25,331 bases of DNA, taken from Coleofasciculus chthonoplastes F2-STO-03. Its GTDB lineage: Bacteria > Cyanobacteriota > Cyanobacteriia > Cyanobacteriales > Coleofasciculaceae. Location: assembly GCA_040222015.1 (NCBI GenBank), contig JAVJWO010000113.1, forward strand, positions 1 through 25,331, written 5' to 3'. Both the position numbers and the translations under genes were made by a program. Below, piece after piece: positions 1 through 9,380 of this stretch. The number at the start of each line of letters is the position of its first letter. The stretch's first letter is position 1. Under the pieces are notes generated by a model, which made no database searches, had not been told where the DNA came from, and saw nothing but the letters and a program-made list of their open reading frames with translations.

Positions 1-160
1 ACCCATTCCCAGCATCTTGCTCGCTACCCATTCCCAGCATCTTGCTCGCTACCCATTCCCAGCATCTTGCTCGCTACCCATTCCCAGCATCTTGCTCGCT
101 ACCCATTCCCAGCATCTTGCTCGCTACCCATTCCCAATTTAGCTACCCATTCCCAATTTA
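1..160. repeat. Tandem repeat: five exact 25-bp units (ACCCATTCCCAGCATCTTGCTCGCT) plus two shortened variant units (ACCCATTCCCAATTTA..); may extend beyond the window edge
   Basis: Units read directly at 1-25, 26-50, 51-75, 76-100 and 101-125, then 126-144 and 145-160; no spacers. Confidence 0.95.
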
Positions 161-195
161 AATGCGTGATTGCTTAGTCGGCTACGTCTCTACAC

Positions 196-1071
196 TCATC
201 CCTCATGCTTTACCAAAAATTCTCGCATATACTGATTCACTAACTGGGGCTGTTCCTGCTGTACCCAATGGCTACAATTTGGGATGTAGCGGATTTGTAA
301 ATCTGGCACATAATCCTTAGTATTATCGGTCAATTCCTTACCCAAAGCCGTATCATTTTCTCCCCAGATCATTAGAGTTGGAATGGGTATAACATCCCAC
401 TGAGGCTGCTTAAATATCCCCTGGAATACATTGCGGTAGTAGTTAAGCATGGCAGTCATAGCCCCCCGTTTTGCCGCCGCATCTTTATAGATGTTTAAGT
501 CAGCTTCTGAAAAGGCACGTTTGTCAATTGCCATATCAATAAAACTCGATGCAATCAGTCGATAATCATCCCACTGAAACAGTAACTCTGGGAGTAACGG
601 AAGTTGAAAGAAAAAAATATACCAACTTCGCAGGAGTTGTTGAGGATTACTGCGTAACGCCTCTGCAAAGTTGGCAGGATGAGGAATATTCATGACAATT
701 AACTGATCCACCAGTTCAGGATAAGTATAGGCAACATACCAGGCAATCATCCCTCCCCAATCATGCCCAACTAAGATACAGCTTTCATAGCCCAATCCTT
801 GAATAACTCCTTTAATATCATTAACTAACTCAGTAATCTGATAGGCTGATACATCTTTGGGTTTATCGCTGTCATTATAACCTCGTAAATCAAGGGCAAC
901 AACGTTATAATCCTTGGCAAATTCAGGGATTTGATGCCGCCAGGAGTACCAGAATTCTGGGAAACCATGCAGCATCAGCATGAGTTGCCCTTCCCCCTGG
1001 GTAATGTAGTGCAGTTTGACACCGTTAGTAATAATATAATCCTCTTGCCAGGAGTCAGTAATTAAAGACAT
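196..1071 (-). CDS. Alpha/beta-fold hydrolase, epoxide-hydrolase-like
   Basis: HGFPE oxyanion motif, DLRGYN, GHDWG (Asp nucleophile), WGEND acid region and C-terminal SHWVQ His motif; 291 aa. Confidence 0.9.
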   Translation of the reverse strand: MSLITDSWQEDYIITNGVKLHYITQGEGQLMLMLHGFPEFWYSWRHQIPEFAKDYNVVALDLRGYNDSDKPKDVSAYQITELVNDIKGVIQGLGYESCILVGHDWGGMIAWYVAYTYPELVDQLIVMNIPHPANFAEALRSNPQQLLRSWYIFFFQLPLLPELLFQWDDYRLIASSFIDMAIDKRAFSEADLNIYKDAAAKRGAMTAMLNYYRNVFQGIFKQPQWDVIPIPTLMIWGENDTALGKELTDNTKDYVPDLQIRYIPNCSHWVQQEQPQLVNQYMREFLVKHEG

Positions 1072-1220
1072 GATGTTTACCTAATTGTAGTTCTCGACAG
1101 TTTGTAGTTGCGCTTTAGCGCTATAAACGCCCGCATCGCCATTTAAAAGTATAATAAAAACAAAAGCTTAAAGACTATCCAGATAAATTTAATCACTATA
1201 AATCATTGGAGTCAAAAATC

Positions 1221-1967
1221 ATGGGATTACTGGATCACTTTCATCCACCATTGAGCAATCGTCGTCACTGGCACGCTTTCCATAATGCTTGGGCAACCTA
1301 TATCGCGTCCGATTTAAACCGTCAATTGCCAGAAGGATACTTTGCTGAACCCAATGTGCAATTTGGGATTGAAATTGATGTGGCAGCATTTGAAGAGATA
1401 TCATTACTAACCAGTCGAGTATCCGAGAATATCATTCAACTACCAACAGCCTCGCAACAGGAATGGATACCTTCGCCACCCACGCAAACTGCTCCATTTT
1501 CTCCGACAACAGAGGCGGTGGAGGTGAGTATTTTCAATAGCGAAGCGGGTCCAACATTAATGGCAGCTATCGAGTTAGTGAGTCCCGGCAATAAAGATAG
1601 ACCCGCGAATCGTAATACTTTTATCGCTAAGTGTCAAACCTACTTACAGCAAGGAATAGGATTAGTCATTGTGGATGTGGTGACGGGACGAAATGCGAAT
1701 TTACATGAGGAATTATTACATCAGTTGGCAGTTAGAATAATGCCTCTAAATACACAACTGTACGCTGCCGCCTATCGAGTTGTGGAACGTCAGGGACAGC
1801 CGAGTTTGGACATTTGGCAGGAAACTTTGGCGGTAGCAAGTCCCCTGCCTGTAATGCCCTTGTGGTTGCGCGGTGAACTCTGCTTACCTGTGGATTTGAA
1901 TAGCACCTACCTGCGGACTTGTCGGGAACAGCGAATTGAGGTTGATACAGCTAAAATTGTGGAATAG
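1221..1967 (+). CDS. DUF4058-family protein (Uma2/PD-(D/E)XK nuclease-like)
   Basis: N-terminus MGLLDHFHPPLS..WHAFHNAWA and AAIELVSPGNK..YLQQGIGLVIVD motif; ATG at 1221 preferred over TTG at 1206. Confidence 0.75.
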   Translation: MGLLDHFHPPLSNRRHWHAFHNAWATYIASDLNRQLPEGYFAEPNVQFGIEIDVAAFEEISLLTSRVSENIIQLPTASQQEWIPSPPTQTAPFSPTTEAVEVSIFNSEAGPTLMAAIELVSPGNKDRPANRNTFIAKCQTYLQQGIGLVIVDVVTGRNANLHEELLHQLAVRIMPLNTQLYAAAYRVVERQGQPSLDIWQETLAVASPLPVMPLWLRGELCLPVDLNSTYLRTCREQRIEVDTAKIVE

Positions 1968-2117
1968 GTTATAGGTTGGGTTTCGACTTCGCAAGGACTC
2001 AACAGAATATAGGGCTAAAGTTCCCTTACTACAAGCCGCGCGATCGCGAAATGTCAATTAACTTCCTGTGGTCAGAGTTCTGTGCTAAATTAAACAAAAA
2101 GATCACCTCATTATAAT

Positions 2118-3800
2118 ATGTCAATTAAGAAAGATAGTGTCGTTTTTATTGCCAGTGGTGCGACGGCTGGCGCTGGTGTTTCTGCCACAATCGGCACAAT
2201 GGGATTAGTGGGCGGATTTGGTGGAGTGGCAATTGGCATGACTCCCGTAACAGCAGCAGGTGCGGTGGCGGGTGCAGCGACTTATGGTGCTTTTAAAGCA
2301 ATCGAAAACAGGGATGCTTTGGCGTTTGGTGCGGTGGGAATTGGGGCTGTCGCTGGTGCTAAAGTCTACTCAACAATTGGGGGTATGGGATTAGCTGGAA
2401 GCTTTGGCGCCGTTGGCATTGGTGCGGGTACAATGGCAGCCGCTGGGGGAGTGGTGGGATTGGGTGTTTATGGGTTGTATCAAGCCTGCAAACCCAAACC
2501 ACAATATGGATTGTATAAAGCCTATAAACCCGAACCCAAACCCCAAATGGTAGGTGCCGTTAATGCTTTTGGGCGCATGGAAGATAAAATACTGGAAATG
2601 GAAGCCAACACCAAAGCTATGCTGGAGTTAGATCCAGTATTTGCCGAAAATCATTGGCAGCAAACCTTTGCAAATTTAGACATTGAGGACGAGTTAGAAG
2701 CGCTAAAGGCTCAACAGCAAAGAAAAGCTCAATCAACGGCTAATTCAGCATCAGGCAGTCAATTTGCTAGTCCTATCTCTACATCTAACGCAACCAAAAA
2801 TTACTCCGTAAAATTTACCCATTCGCCGCCCCCAAATCCCGCCTCAGACAAACAATCGGTTAATCTGGAAAATCAAGCCAAAATCCTTCACAATGAACCG
2901 CAACCGTGCCAAAATTGGAAATGTCTAAAAACTCTCCCAGGACACCGAGCCAAGGTTACAGCAATCGCCATTAGTTCTGATGGACAAACCCTGGCGAGTG
3001 GTAGTGAAGATAAAACTGTTAGTCTCTGGAACTTGAGAACCGGAAAATTAAAGTTTACCTTCTTTGGACAAGAGAGAGAAGTTTTTGCTGTGGCGATTTG
3101 CCCCCAGGGAAAAATGCTAGTGGCTGGTGGCTTCGATAATAAAATTACCCGTTGGCAGTTAGAGACTAAAGCACTACAACGTCTCTGTTTATACCCCAAT
3201 TCTTCCTATAATCATTCGGGGTTTATTTCCTGCCTTACGTTTAGCCCAGATCAAACAATTCTGGCGAGTGCGAGTGGTGATCAAACAATCCGATTGTGGG
3301 ATGGATACACCGGAGAATTTCAACGCAGCCTTAATGGTCATTCAAACATTGTTTGGTCAGTTGCAATCAGTCCCGATGGCAAAACTTTAGTGAGTGGTAG
3401 TGCGGATCAAACGATTAGAATTTGGTCATTAAGTCGTTATCAACAAACTCAGATTCTTACCGGACATTCTAAGTGGGTGACATCTGTGGCGATTAGTCCC
3501 GAAGGCAAGAGTATGGCAAGTGGTAGCGCCGATGGTACGGTTAAATTATGGAATCTCACAACAGGAGAATTACGGCAAACGCTGGAGGGAAAATTAAAGG
3601 GAATCGTTACTGTGGCTATCAGTCCGGATGGACAATTTTTGGCAAGTGGTGACACCAATACTGTCCAGCTTTGGCACTTACACACCGGTCAATTCCTTGG
3701 TACTCTGGCTGGATGTAGTCCTGTGGTTTTCAGTCCCGATGGACAACTCTTAGTCAGTGGCGGTAAGGCGGGGAAAATTAAGATTTGGCAGAGGAATTAA
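2118..3800 (+). CDS. WD40-repeat protein with a duplicated Gly-rich hydrophobic N-terminal region and a PspA/IM30-like helical segment
   Basis: About 7 GH..V..VAISPDG..LASGS.D.T...W repeats from about aa 270; Gly/Ala-rich N-terminus; AFGRMEDKILEMEA...DIEDELEALKAQ segment. Confidence 0.9.
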   Translation: MSIKKDSVVFIASGATAGAGVSATIGTMGLVGGFGGVAIGMTPVTAAGAVAGAATYGAFKAIENRDALAFGAVGIGAVAGAKVYSTIGGMGLAGSFGAVGIGAGTMAAAGGVVGLGVYGLYQACKPKPQYGLYKAYKPEPKPQMVGAVNAFGRMEDKILEMEANTKAMLELDPVFAENHWQQTFANLDIEDELEALKAQQQRKAQSTANSASGSQFASPISTSNATKNYSVKFTHSPPPNPASDKQSVNLENQAKILHNEPQPCQNWKCLKTLPGHRAKVTAIAISSDGQTLASGSEDKTVSLWNLRTGKLKFTFFGQEREVFAVAICPQGKMLVAGGFDNKITRWQLETKALQRLCLYPNSSYNHSGFISCLTFSPDQTILASASGDQTIRLWDGYTGEFQRSLNGHSNIVWSVAISPDGKTLVSGSADQTIRIWSLSRYQQTQILTGHSKWVTSVAISPEGKSMASGSADGTVKLWNLTTGELRQTLEGKLKGIVTVAISPDGQFLASGDTNTVQLWHLHTGQFLGTLAGCSPVVFSPDGQLLVSGGKAGKIKIWQRN

Positions 3801-3820
3801 TGGGTGATAGATGGTTAAAT

Positions 3821-3844
3821 TGGGCGCAAGCCTTGCGCCCCTAC
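3821..3844. repeat. GTAG-type REP-like palindrome GGGCGCAAGCCTTGCGCCCCTAC (possible terminator)
   Basis: GGGCGCAA/TTGCGCCC stem followed by CTAC; lies between convergent genes. Confidence 0.8.
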
Positions 3845-3869
3845 AATTCTAATTCACCATTTTAGGTGG

Positions 3870-3970
3870 GTCAGTAGGGTGCGTTAGCGTAGCGTAACGC
3901 ACCATTTTTAAATCACATAAAAGTCAGTAGTTAGCGTAGCGTAACGCACCATTTTTAAATCCCCTAAAAG
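3870..3970. repeat. REP-like palindrome GTAGGGTGCGTTAGCGTAGCGTAACGCACCAT, locally duplicated (second copy lacks part of the left arm); related copy at 12064-12095
   Basis: Direct repeat TTAGCGTAGCGTAACGCACCATTTTTAAATC seen twice; GGTGCGTTA/TAACGCACC stem. Confidence 0.85.
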
Positions 3971-3973
3971 TTT

Positions 3974-6900
3974 TTACAAAGGACTACCAATTAGAGTAAA
4001 ACCAGCCCAATAATAAGGATGAGATAAATTACTTTCTGGGGTATTCACTAAGCTTTTAACAACACTTATATTCCGACTTGTGCCAACCAACTGACTCGAT
4101 TCAATTCGCACTTGAGAACGCAATAGGGCAAGTTGGGCTTGTCGCAGCGCTTCTGCTTTAATTGATACCGTTTCCTGGTTGAGTTGCTGATAAAATTCGG
4201 TCATTACTGCTAATGTCCCTAAATCATCAACTTTCCAGAGGCTAGCTAGGGCTGATTTTACCCCCGCTTGTACCGCTAATCCAGCAAACCCCATTTCTAC
4301 CTGTTCATTCCCCACAGCGGTTTCACAAGCACTCAGGGTTAAGAGTTCTACCGTTGGCGGGGCGTACCATTGTACTTGTCGCAATTCGTTTAATCCGACT
4401 TGTTGTTGCCACAGTTGAATGTAGGGATGATGATCGCGATCGCGCGGAAAGGAGGCGTGGGTGGAAAGGTGTACAATATCAAAAGATGCCTCCTGGCGCT
4501 GAGTCTTTAAATTATCTAAGGTAAATTGGTCATTTAGCAATAATTTACCTTGTCCAACTTCGGCTAAAATTGTGGATAATTCAATCGGAACAGCGGGTAA
4601 TGGAGAAAGGGTTGAATCCGGAAACTCTGAAGCACCCATGGCTAAGATAGTCGCGTTTTTTAAACTCTGGTAGCGGGTATCGGTTAGACTGACACTGGGG
4701 ATTAAACCGACGCTATAGGTTTCGATCAGAAATTGCTGTCCATCGTGCAACGCCGCTAGGGGAATCGTGCGTAATCCCGCGTCCATTGAGAAAATCAGTG
4801 TATCAATATTTAAGGCGTCCAGTTCAGTGGCTAACGGCGCTACTAACCACTGGTATAGTTTTTGAGAACTCGGTAAATAACTGTTACTGGTGTAATCATT
4901 GAGGGTGTGATAAATTTTTTTTACTTCCCGCCGTAAGGTTTGATGATTGGCTTGGGGAACCTGTTTAGAAATAGGGGAACCTTCGGGGGGAACGAGGACG
5001 AGTTGTAATCCATCGGGATGAGACAAAGCGTAAATTACCACAGCACGTTTTCCGGTTTGGGTTTCCATTGTTTGTAGCCTGTTTTGCAGGGAAGCGGTGG
5101 TGACTTTTTTCTGGGTAATATCTTCGCCTAAATAGGTTTCAAATTGCGCTTCTAATAATTGGTCAATTACGGTGACAATATCATCGCCGGGATTAATTGA
5201 CAGTTGGCGGGGAGAGTCTTGAACGTAGGGGACATTGAGTGATAGGATTTGTTGATTTGGAATCTTCCAGGTAAAGGTGTAGTTTCCGGTTTCAGCATCT
5301 TGATTGATTTGAGGATTGACATCGAGAGTATCGCCGACAAGAAAGGCGAGAGATTCTAGGGGATTGGTTGGCGATGGCGTCTCTGGGGTTGATTGATTAT
5401 TCGATTGAGGATTGGTTGGGTATGGAGTTTCTGGGGTTGATGGAGTATTAGGAATAGAAGTTGGTGGAAGGGGATTGGGATCAGGTAGCGGGGGTGAAGC
5501 CGGAGAGACTGATATAATCTGAATGCGATCGCGGTCTTGTTTGTGAGTGTTAAAATAGCTTTGCGTGGGGAGAATCTGACTTTCGGGATTATCGTTTCCT
5601 CGCGTCATCGCGCCTTCAGTACCATTGATATCAGCGTTACCGACAATAAATGGGGTAATCCCATCGCCACCATGACGAATTATGATTGTTCCACCGTTGG
5701 TAATTCCGGCGGTAGAAATACTGGTTCGAGTTCCATTTTGATCTAAAAATGTATCCGTAGCTTGGAAAAATTGTCCTGTGGTAATCTCAACGATGCCGCC
5801 ACTCCCGTTACCTAAACTTTGACTATTAATTTGACTCGCGGTAATGTTACCCGGTGCTTTCAGGGTTATATTACCACCATTATTCAATGACGAGGTATCC
5901 AGATGATGGGTGGTGATAGTTCGTTGATGGCTGGTGAGGCGAATCCCCCCGGATGATAGAATATCTTGGGTTTCAATCGTATTTAAGGCAGTGATATCGA
6001 TACCCGATGGATTAGTTGTGGTAATCGTGCCTTGAACCTGTAGGTTATTTAGGGGGGTTAAATTGCCCACGCGATCGCTAAATTTTACCTGTCCTTGTTC
6101 TGAATTTAGGGTTAAATTATAGCCCCCGTTAACGATATCATCAAAAATAATATCACCTTGGTCTGATGTGGTCAAGGCGACATTATCCGCTAACGTGACA
6201 GGCGCATTCAAGGTAATGTTATTTTGGTTGGTTTGAATATCTCCGCGAATGGTAATATTACTATCTGCACTTAGGTCAATTGTGCCTCCCCTTTCCACAA
6301 ACGATAAAGCATTCATTTCTCCCACGGTAATTGTATCGGCAGCATCCAGGGTGATATTACCACCTAAACCCTCTCCAGACGCCGTAATTAATGCGCCAGT
6401 GCTCGTATTAATATTTGCCTCGGTACTGGTGATCCGAATATCGCCGCTATCACCACTAAAGCCACTTAAAAATACGGTAATCGTTCCTGTATCAATATTA
6501 CCGGGAGCAAGCAGCGTAATATCACCGCCGTTAATACCGCCCGGAGCGCTAATAATACCGCCCGTTGTATCAATAATACCCCCACTGGTTAGGGTAATAT
6601 TTCCAGCATTAACGGAACCCTGGGAGTTGATTTTTTTCCCGCCAGTAATAATATCCCCATTTGGTGCATTAAGGATAATTGCACCACCTGATCCTAAAGC
6701 TGAAGATGAATCCAAAACATTGTTGGGTAACTGGCTTATGGGTTCTGAGAATAAAGACAATAGCTCAACAATTCTGGGGTAAATATTGCTTGGTAATAAA
6801 TCAACAAAATTGAAGAGTTGCGATACGTCAGCCGAAAAATCAGATTGTAGAGTATTTATCGATCCATGAGTAACCGTTACCTGAATTGTTCCACTTTCCA

Positions 6901-9232
6901 GTTGCCCTGAAGACATCAAGTCACCGGTGATTACATTGTTTTTAGCGATAATTGTAATATCATTACCTCGACCATTTATAGAAAATGAACCAATATTACC
7001 GACATTTATGCTGCCATTGGGTGCATTAATGCTTACCTTACCACTCGTTCCACCAAAAACAACAGAACCAATGCTATTACTGGAAATATTGCCTTGCTCA
7101 CTGGTTAACGTGACGTTACCCGTATTCCCAAATCCGGATAAAGAGCTAACAGCTCCTACAATGTCAATATTGCCTGTTGCTTGGACTGTAATTTCACCTC
7201 CAGCTTGACAAAGGCTTAATGAATAGATACTAGAATTCTGTTCTGATTCGGTTATTTGTAGCTCACCTCCATTAGCATTTAAGCTTATATTTCCGGCTGC
7301 ACCAATACCTTCTGCGCTACTATTGACTTGACCCAATATTTCAATGTTGCCATTATTGGTTGTTAGGTTAATATCGCCGCCATTGCCAAAGTCAGCAACA
7401 GATTGGCTGGTAATCGAACCTGTACGGATGTTGCCATTATTAGCCCGGAGGTTAATCGTTCCACTACCTCCGATAGATGCCCTACCCCATGATTCCAGAG
7501 TACCCGTGCTGATATTACCGCCATCGGTGACAATTGTGATATCACCACCAGGGGTGGACAAAGAATTGCTGAAGTTAAGGGTATTGATATTGCCGACATT
7601 AACGTTGACTCCGGTAATGGTAATCGCCCCTCCTCCTGTAATGATCGTATCTTCCGGATTCATGGAGAAGTTACCATTACCATTGCCATCGGCATCAGCC
7701 CTAAAGGTGATGGTTTGACCATTCTCTTTATGGAGATGTAATTCATTACTAGCTATATCCTCAATTGTCATATCATTCGTTGCTTCTAAGGTTATATTTC
7801 CAGATAAGCTTTCTAGTTTTGCTCTAGAAAGGGTGAAATTATCTATAGATCCATCTGAAAAGAGAATCATATTATCATTTAATTCACCATCATTACCAGC
7901 AGGATTAGCTTGATCTACTATCGTGATATTGACTGGATCAAGCAGGAGGTTTCCCCCTTGCCCATGGGTTGCAATAACATCGACATCGCCCTGAAAAACT
8001 AGGTTGTTTTTGCCGGAAACTTCAACAAATCCGCCATCTCCGGAATCCTGACCACCACGAGCGAGAATCGTGCCATTAAATGTGGTGCTATTATCAGCCC
8101 AAACAATAACTCGACCCCCATTACCATTCAGGATACTATTGGCATTAATGATTGAATCCGAACTAATAAACGTCTGTTCGGCATTAGGGATATTTCCTTG
8201 ACCTTTATAATCGCCACCAATCCGAATGCTTCCCCCTTGATGATTACCCGATGCATTAATTGTGGTATTGATGATTCCCACGTTTTCACCGATAATATTA
8301 ATCGACTGATTGGCTGGAATGGAGGAATAGTTGGCAACGTTAACAGTGCCAGAAATAATGGTGGTTCCCGGTTGATTGGGTAAGGTGATCCCAGAATTAG
8401 CTAACTGAACCCTGTTATCCTCAGTAACGGTTAATTTAGTGTCTAATTCGGGTGCTGTTCCCGTCAGCAGTGCGGCTAAATCTAAGGGAGTGACAGGGAG
8501 AAGATTTCCCTGAGTATCTCGGGGCGGTTTAAGTTCTAAACTGAGCAGGTTTCCGGATTGGCGAATCTGGACTAAATTCGAGTTAGGAATGGCAGCAACG
8601 GTAAGGGTTCCTCCTGGTGCGCTTAATTCACCTGTGTTAATTATTTGCCCTGCTAATAGGGTTAAGTTATGCTGGGGGGTGACGGCTAAGTTACCCGCGT
8701 TGATAATACTGCCAGAATTAGAGGAATCGAAGGCAAATTGATTGGGTGTGCCGATGAGATTTGAGTAGGTATTGTCGCCAAAGGCATTAAACCAATGGTT
8801 ATTGCTAAATCCGATTCCTGTGGCGGTTGTGGCGGTAAAATCGCCGGGGACGTTTAATTGGGCATTGGTGCCAAAGATAATACCGGCTGGGTTGATTAAG
8901 AATAGGTTGGCGTTACTTCCGGTAACTTGAATTAAGCCGTTAATGATGGAGGGATTATTGCTAGTAATTCGACTGAGGATATTTTGAATGTTGGGGGTGG
9001 AGAGGAAGTTGGCAATTTGCTCAGATTCTAGTCCAAATTGTTGGAAACTGTGGAAGAGGTTGGTGGCGTCGGGGGAGAGGGTACCGCCGGTGATGTCAAA
9101 GCGATCGCCTGTGGGGGTGACGAGGGTTCCGGTGTTGTCGTTGGCGGGGATTATGGGTTGGGCGAGGATAGGGGGAGAGGGGTTTAGGGTTAAGAGGGCG
9201 AGGAGGGTTAGGGGGAGAATGGGGGGTTTCAT
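3974..9232 (-). CDS. Secreted filamentous-haemagglutinin (TPS-domain) beta-helix protein with C-terminal CHAT (caspase/HetF-like) protease domain
   Basis: Signal peptide; NLFHSFQQF..NILSRI..ANLFLINPAGIIFG haemagglutination-activity domain; GG(N/D)I repeats; Pro-rich linker; CHAT motifs IVHLSTH, LTLSACETA, SALASLWKVDD, HPYYWAGFTLIG; 1752 aa. Confidence 0.92.
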   Translation of the reverse strand: MKPPILPLTLLALLTLNPSPPILAQPIIPANDNTGTLVTPTGDRFDITGGTLSPDATNLFHSFQQFGLESEQIANFLSTPNIQNILSRITSNNPSIINGLIQVTGSNANLFLINPAGIIFGTNAQLNVPGDFTATTATGIGFSNNHWFNAFGDNTYSNLIGTPNQFAFDSSNSGSIINAGNLAVTPQHNLTLLAGQIINTGELSAPGGTLTVAAIPNSNLVQIRQSGNLLSLELKPPRDTQGNLLPVTPLDLAALLTGTAPELDTKLTVTEDNRVQLANSGITLPNQPGTTIISGTVNVANYSSIPANQSINIIGENVGIINTTINASGNHQGGSIRIGGDYKGQGNIPNAEQTFISSDSIINANSILNGNGGRVIVWADNSTTFNGTILARGGQDSGDGGFVEVSGKNNLVFQGDVDVIATHGQGGNLLLDPVNITIVDQANPAGNDGELNDNMILFSDGSIDNFTLSRAKLESLSGNITLEATNDMTIEDIASNELHLHKENGQTITFRADADGNGNGNFSMNPEDTIITGGGAITITGVNVNVGNINTLNFSNSLSTPGGDITIVTDGGNISTGTLESWGRASIGGSGTINLRANNGNIRTGSITSQSVADFGNGGDINLTTNNGNIEILGQVNSSAEGIGAAGNISLNANGGELQITESEQNSSIYSLSLCQAGGEITVQATGNIDIVGAVSSLSGFGNTGNVTLTSEQGNISSNSIGSVVFGGTSGKVSINAPNGSINVGNIGSFSINGRGNDITIIAKNNVITGDLMSSGQLESGTIQVTVTHGSINTLQSDFSADVSQLFNFVDLLPSNIYPRIVELLSLFSEPISQLPNNVLDSSSALGSGGAIILNAPNGDIITGGKKINSQGSVNAGNITLTSGGIIDTTGGIISAPGGINGGDITLLAPGNIDTGTITVFLSGFSGDSGDIRITSTEANINTSTGALITASGEGLGGNITLDAADTITVGEMNALSFVERGGTIDLSADSNITIRGDIQTNQNNITLNAPVTLADNVALTTSDQGDIIFDDIVNGGYNLTLNSEQGQVKFSDRVGNLTPLNNLQVQGTITTTNPSGIDITALNTIETQDILSSGGIRLTSHQRTITTHHLDTSSLNNGGNITLKAPGNITASQINSQSLGNGSGGIVEITTGQFFQATDTFLDQNGTRTSISTAGITNGGTIIIRHGGDGITPFIVGNADINGTEGAMTRGNDNPESQILPTQSYFNTHKQDRDRIQIISVSPASPPLPDPNPLPPTSIPNTPSTPETPYPTNPQSNNQSTPETPSPTNPLESLAFLVGDTLDVNPQINQDAETGNYTFTWKIPNQQILSLNVPYVQDSPRQLSINPGDDIVTVIDQLLEAQFETYLGEDITQKKVTTASLQNRLQTMETQTGKRAVVIYALSHPDGLQLVLVPPEGSPISKQVPQANHQTLRREVKKIYHTLNDYTSNSYLPSSQKLYQWLVAPLATELDALNIDTLIFSMDAGLRTIPLAALHDGQQFLIETYSVGLIPSVSLTDTRYQSLKNATILAMGASEFPDSTLSPLPAVPIELSTILAEVGQGKLLLNDQFTLDNLKTQRQEASFDIVHLSTHASFPRDRDHHPYIQLWQQQVGLNELRQVQWYAPPTVELLTLSACETAVGNEQVEMGFAGLAVQAGVKSALASLWKVDDLGTLAVMTEFYQQLNQETVSIKAEALRQAQLALLRSQVRIESSQLVGTSRNISVVKSLVNTPESNLSHPYYWAGFTLIGSPL

Positions 9233-9269
9233 GATTTTTTTCAGTGGCTATGGGTTCATGTTGTTTTAA

Positions 9270-9310
9270 CGCAGAGGTTCGCAGAGGGAAGCGCAGAGGT
9301 TCGCAGAGGG
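9270..9310. repeat. Short repeat: CGCAGAGG x4 (CGCAGAGGTTCGCAGAGGG twice, 22-bp period)
   Basis: Copies at 9270, 9280, 9292 and 9302. Confidence 0.8.
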
Positions 9311-9380
9311 GTTGGAGGTTGAGGAGGGTGGTTTGGTTCAGTTATTGGTTTTTGGGAAAGGGTATCGGTAAAATCTGCCC

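Noticed and set aside
1..160. Possible CRISPR array
   Set aside because: Units are directly adjacent with no unique spacers, and there are no cas genes
1219..3685. Antisense ORFs 1219-1404, 2888-3199 and 3449-3685
   Set aside because: Essentially contained within well-supported genes on the opposite strand
5537..9269. Alternative ORFs overlapping the FHA-CHAT gene (5537, 6249, 6927, 7344, 7363, 8128, 8198, 8988)
   Set aside because: Antisense or off-frame shadows of a Gly/Asn/Thr-rich coding sequence with no recognisable motifs
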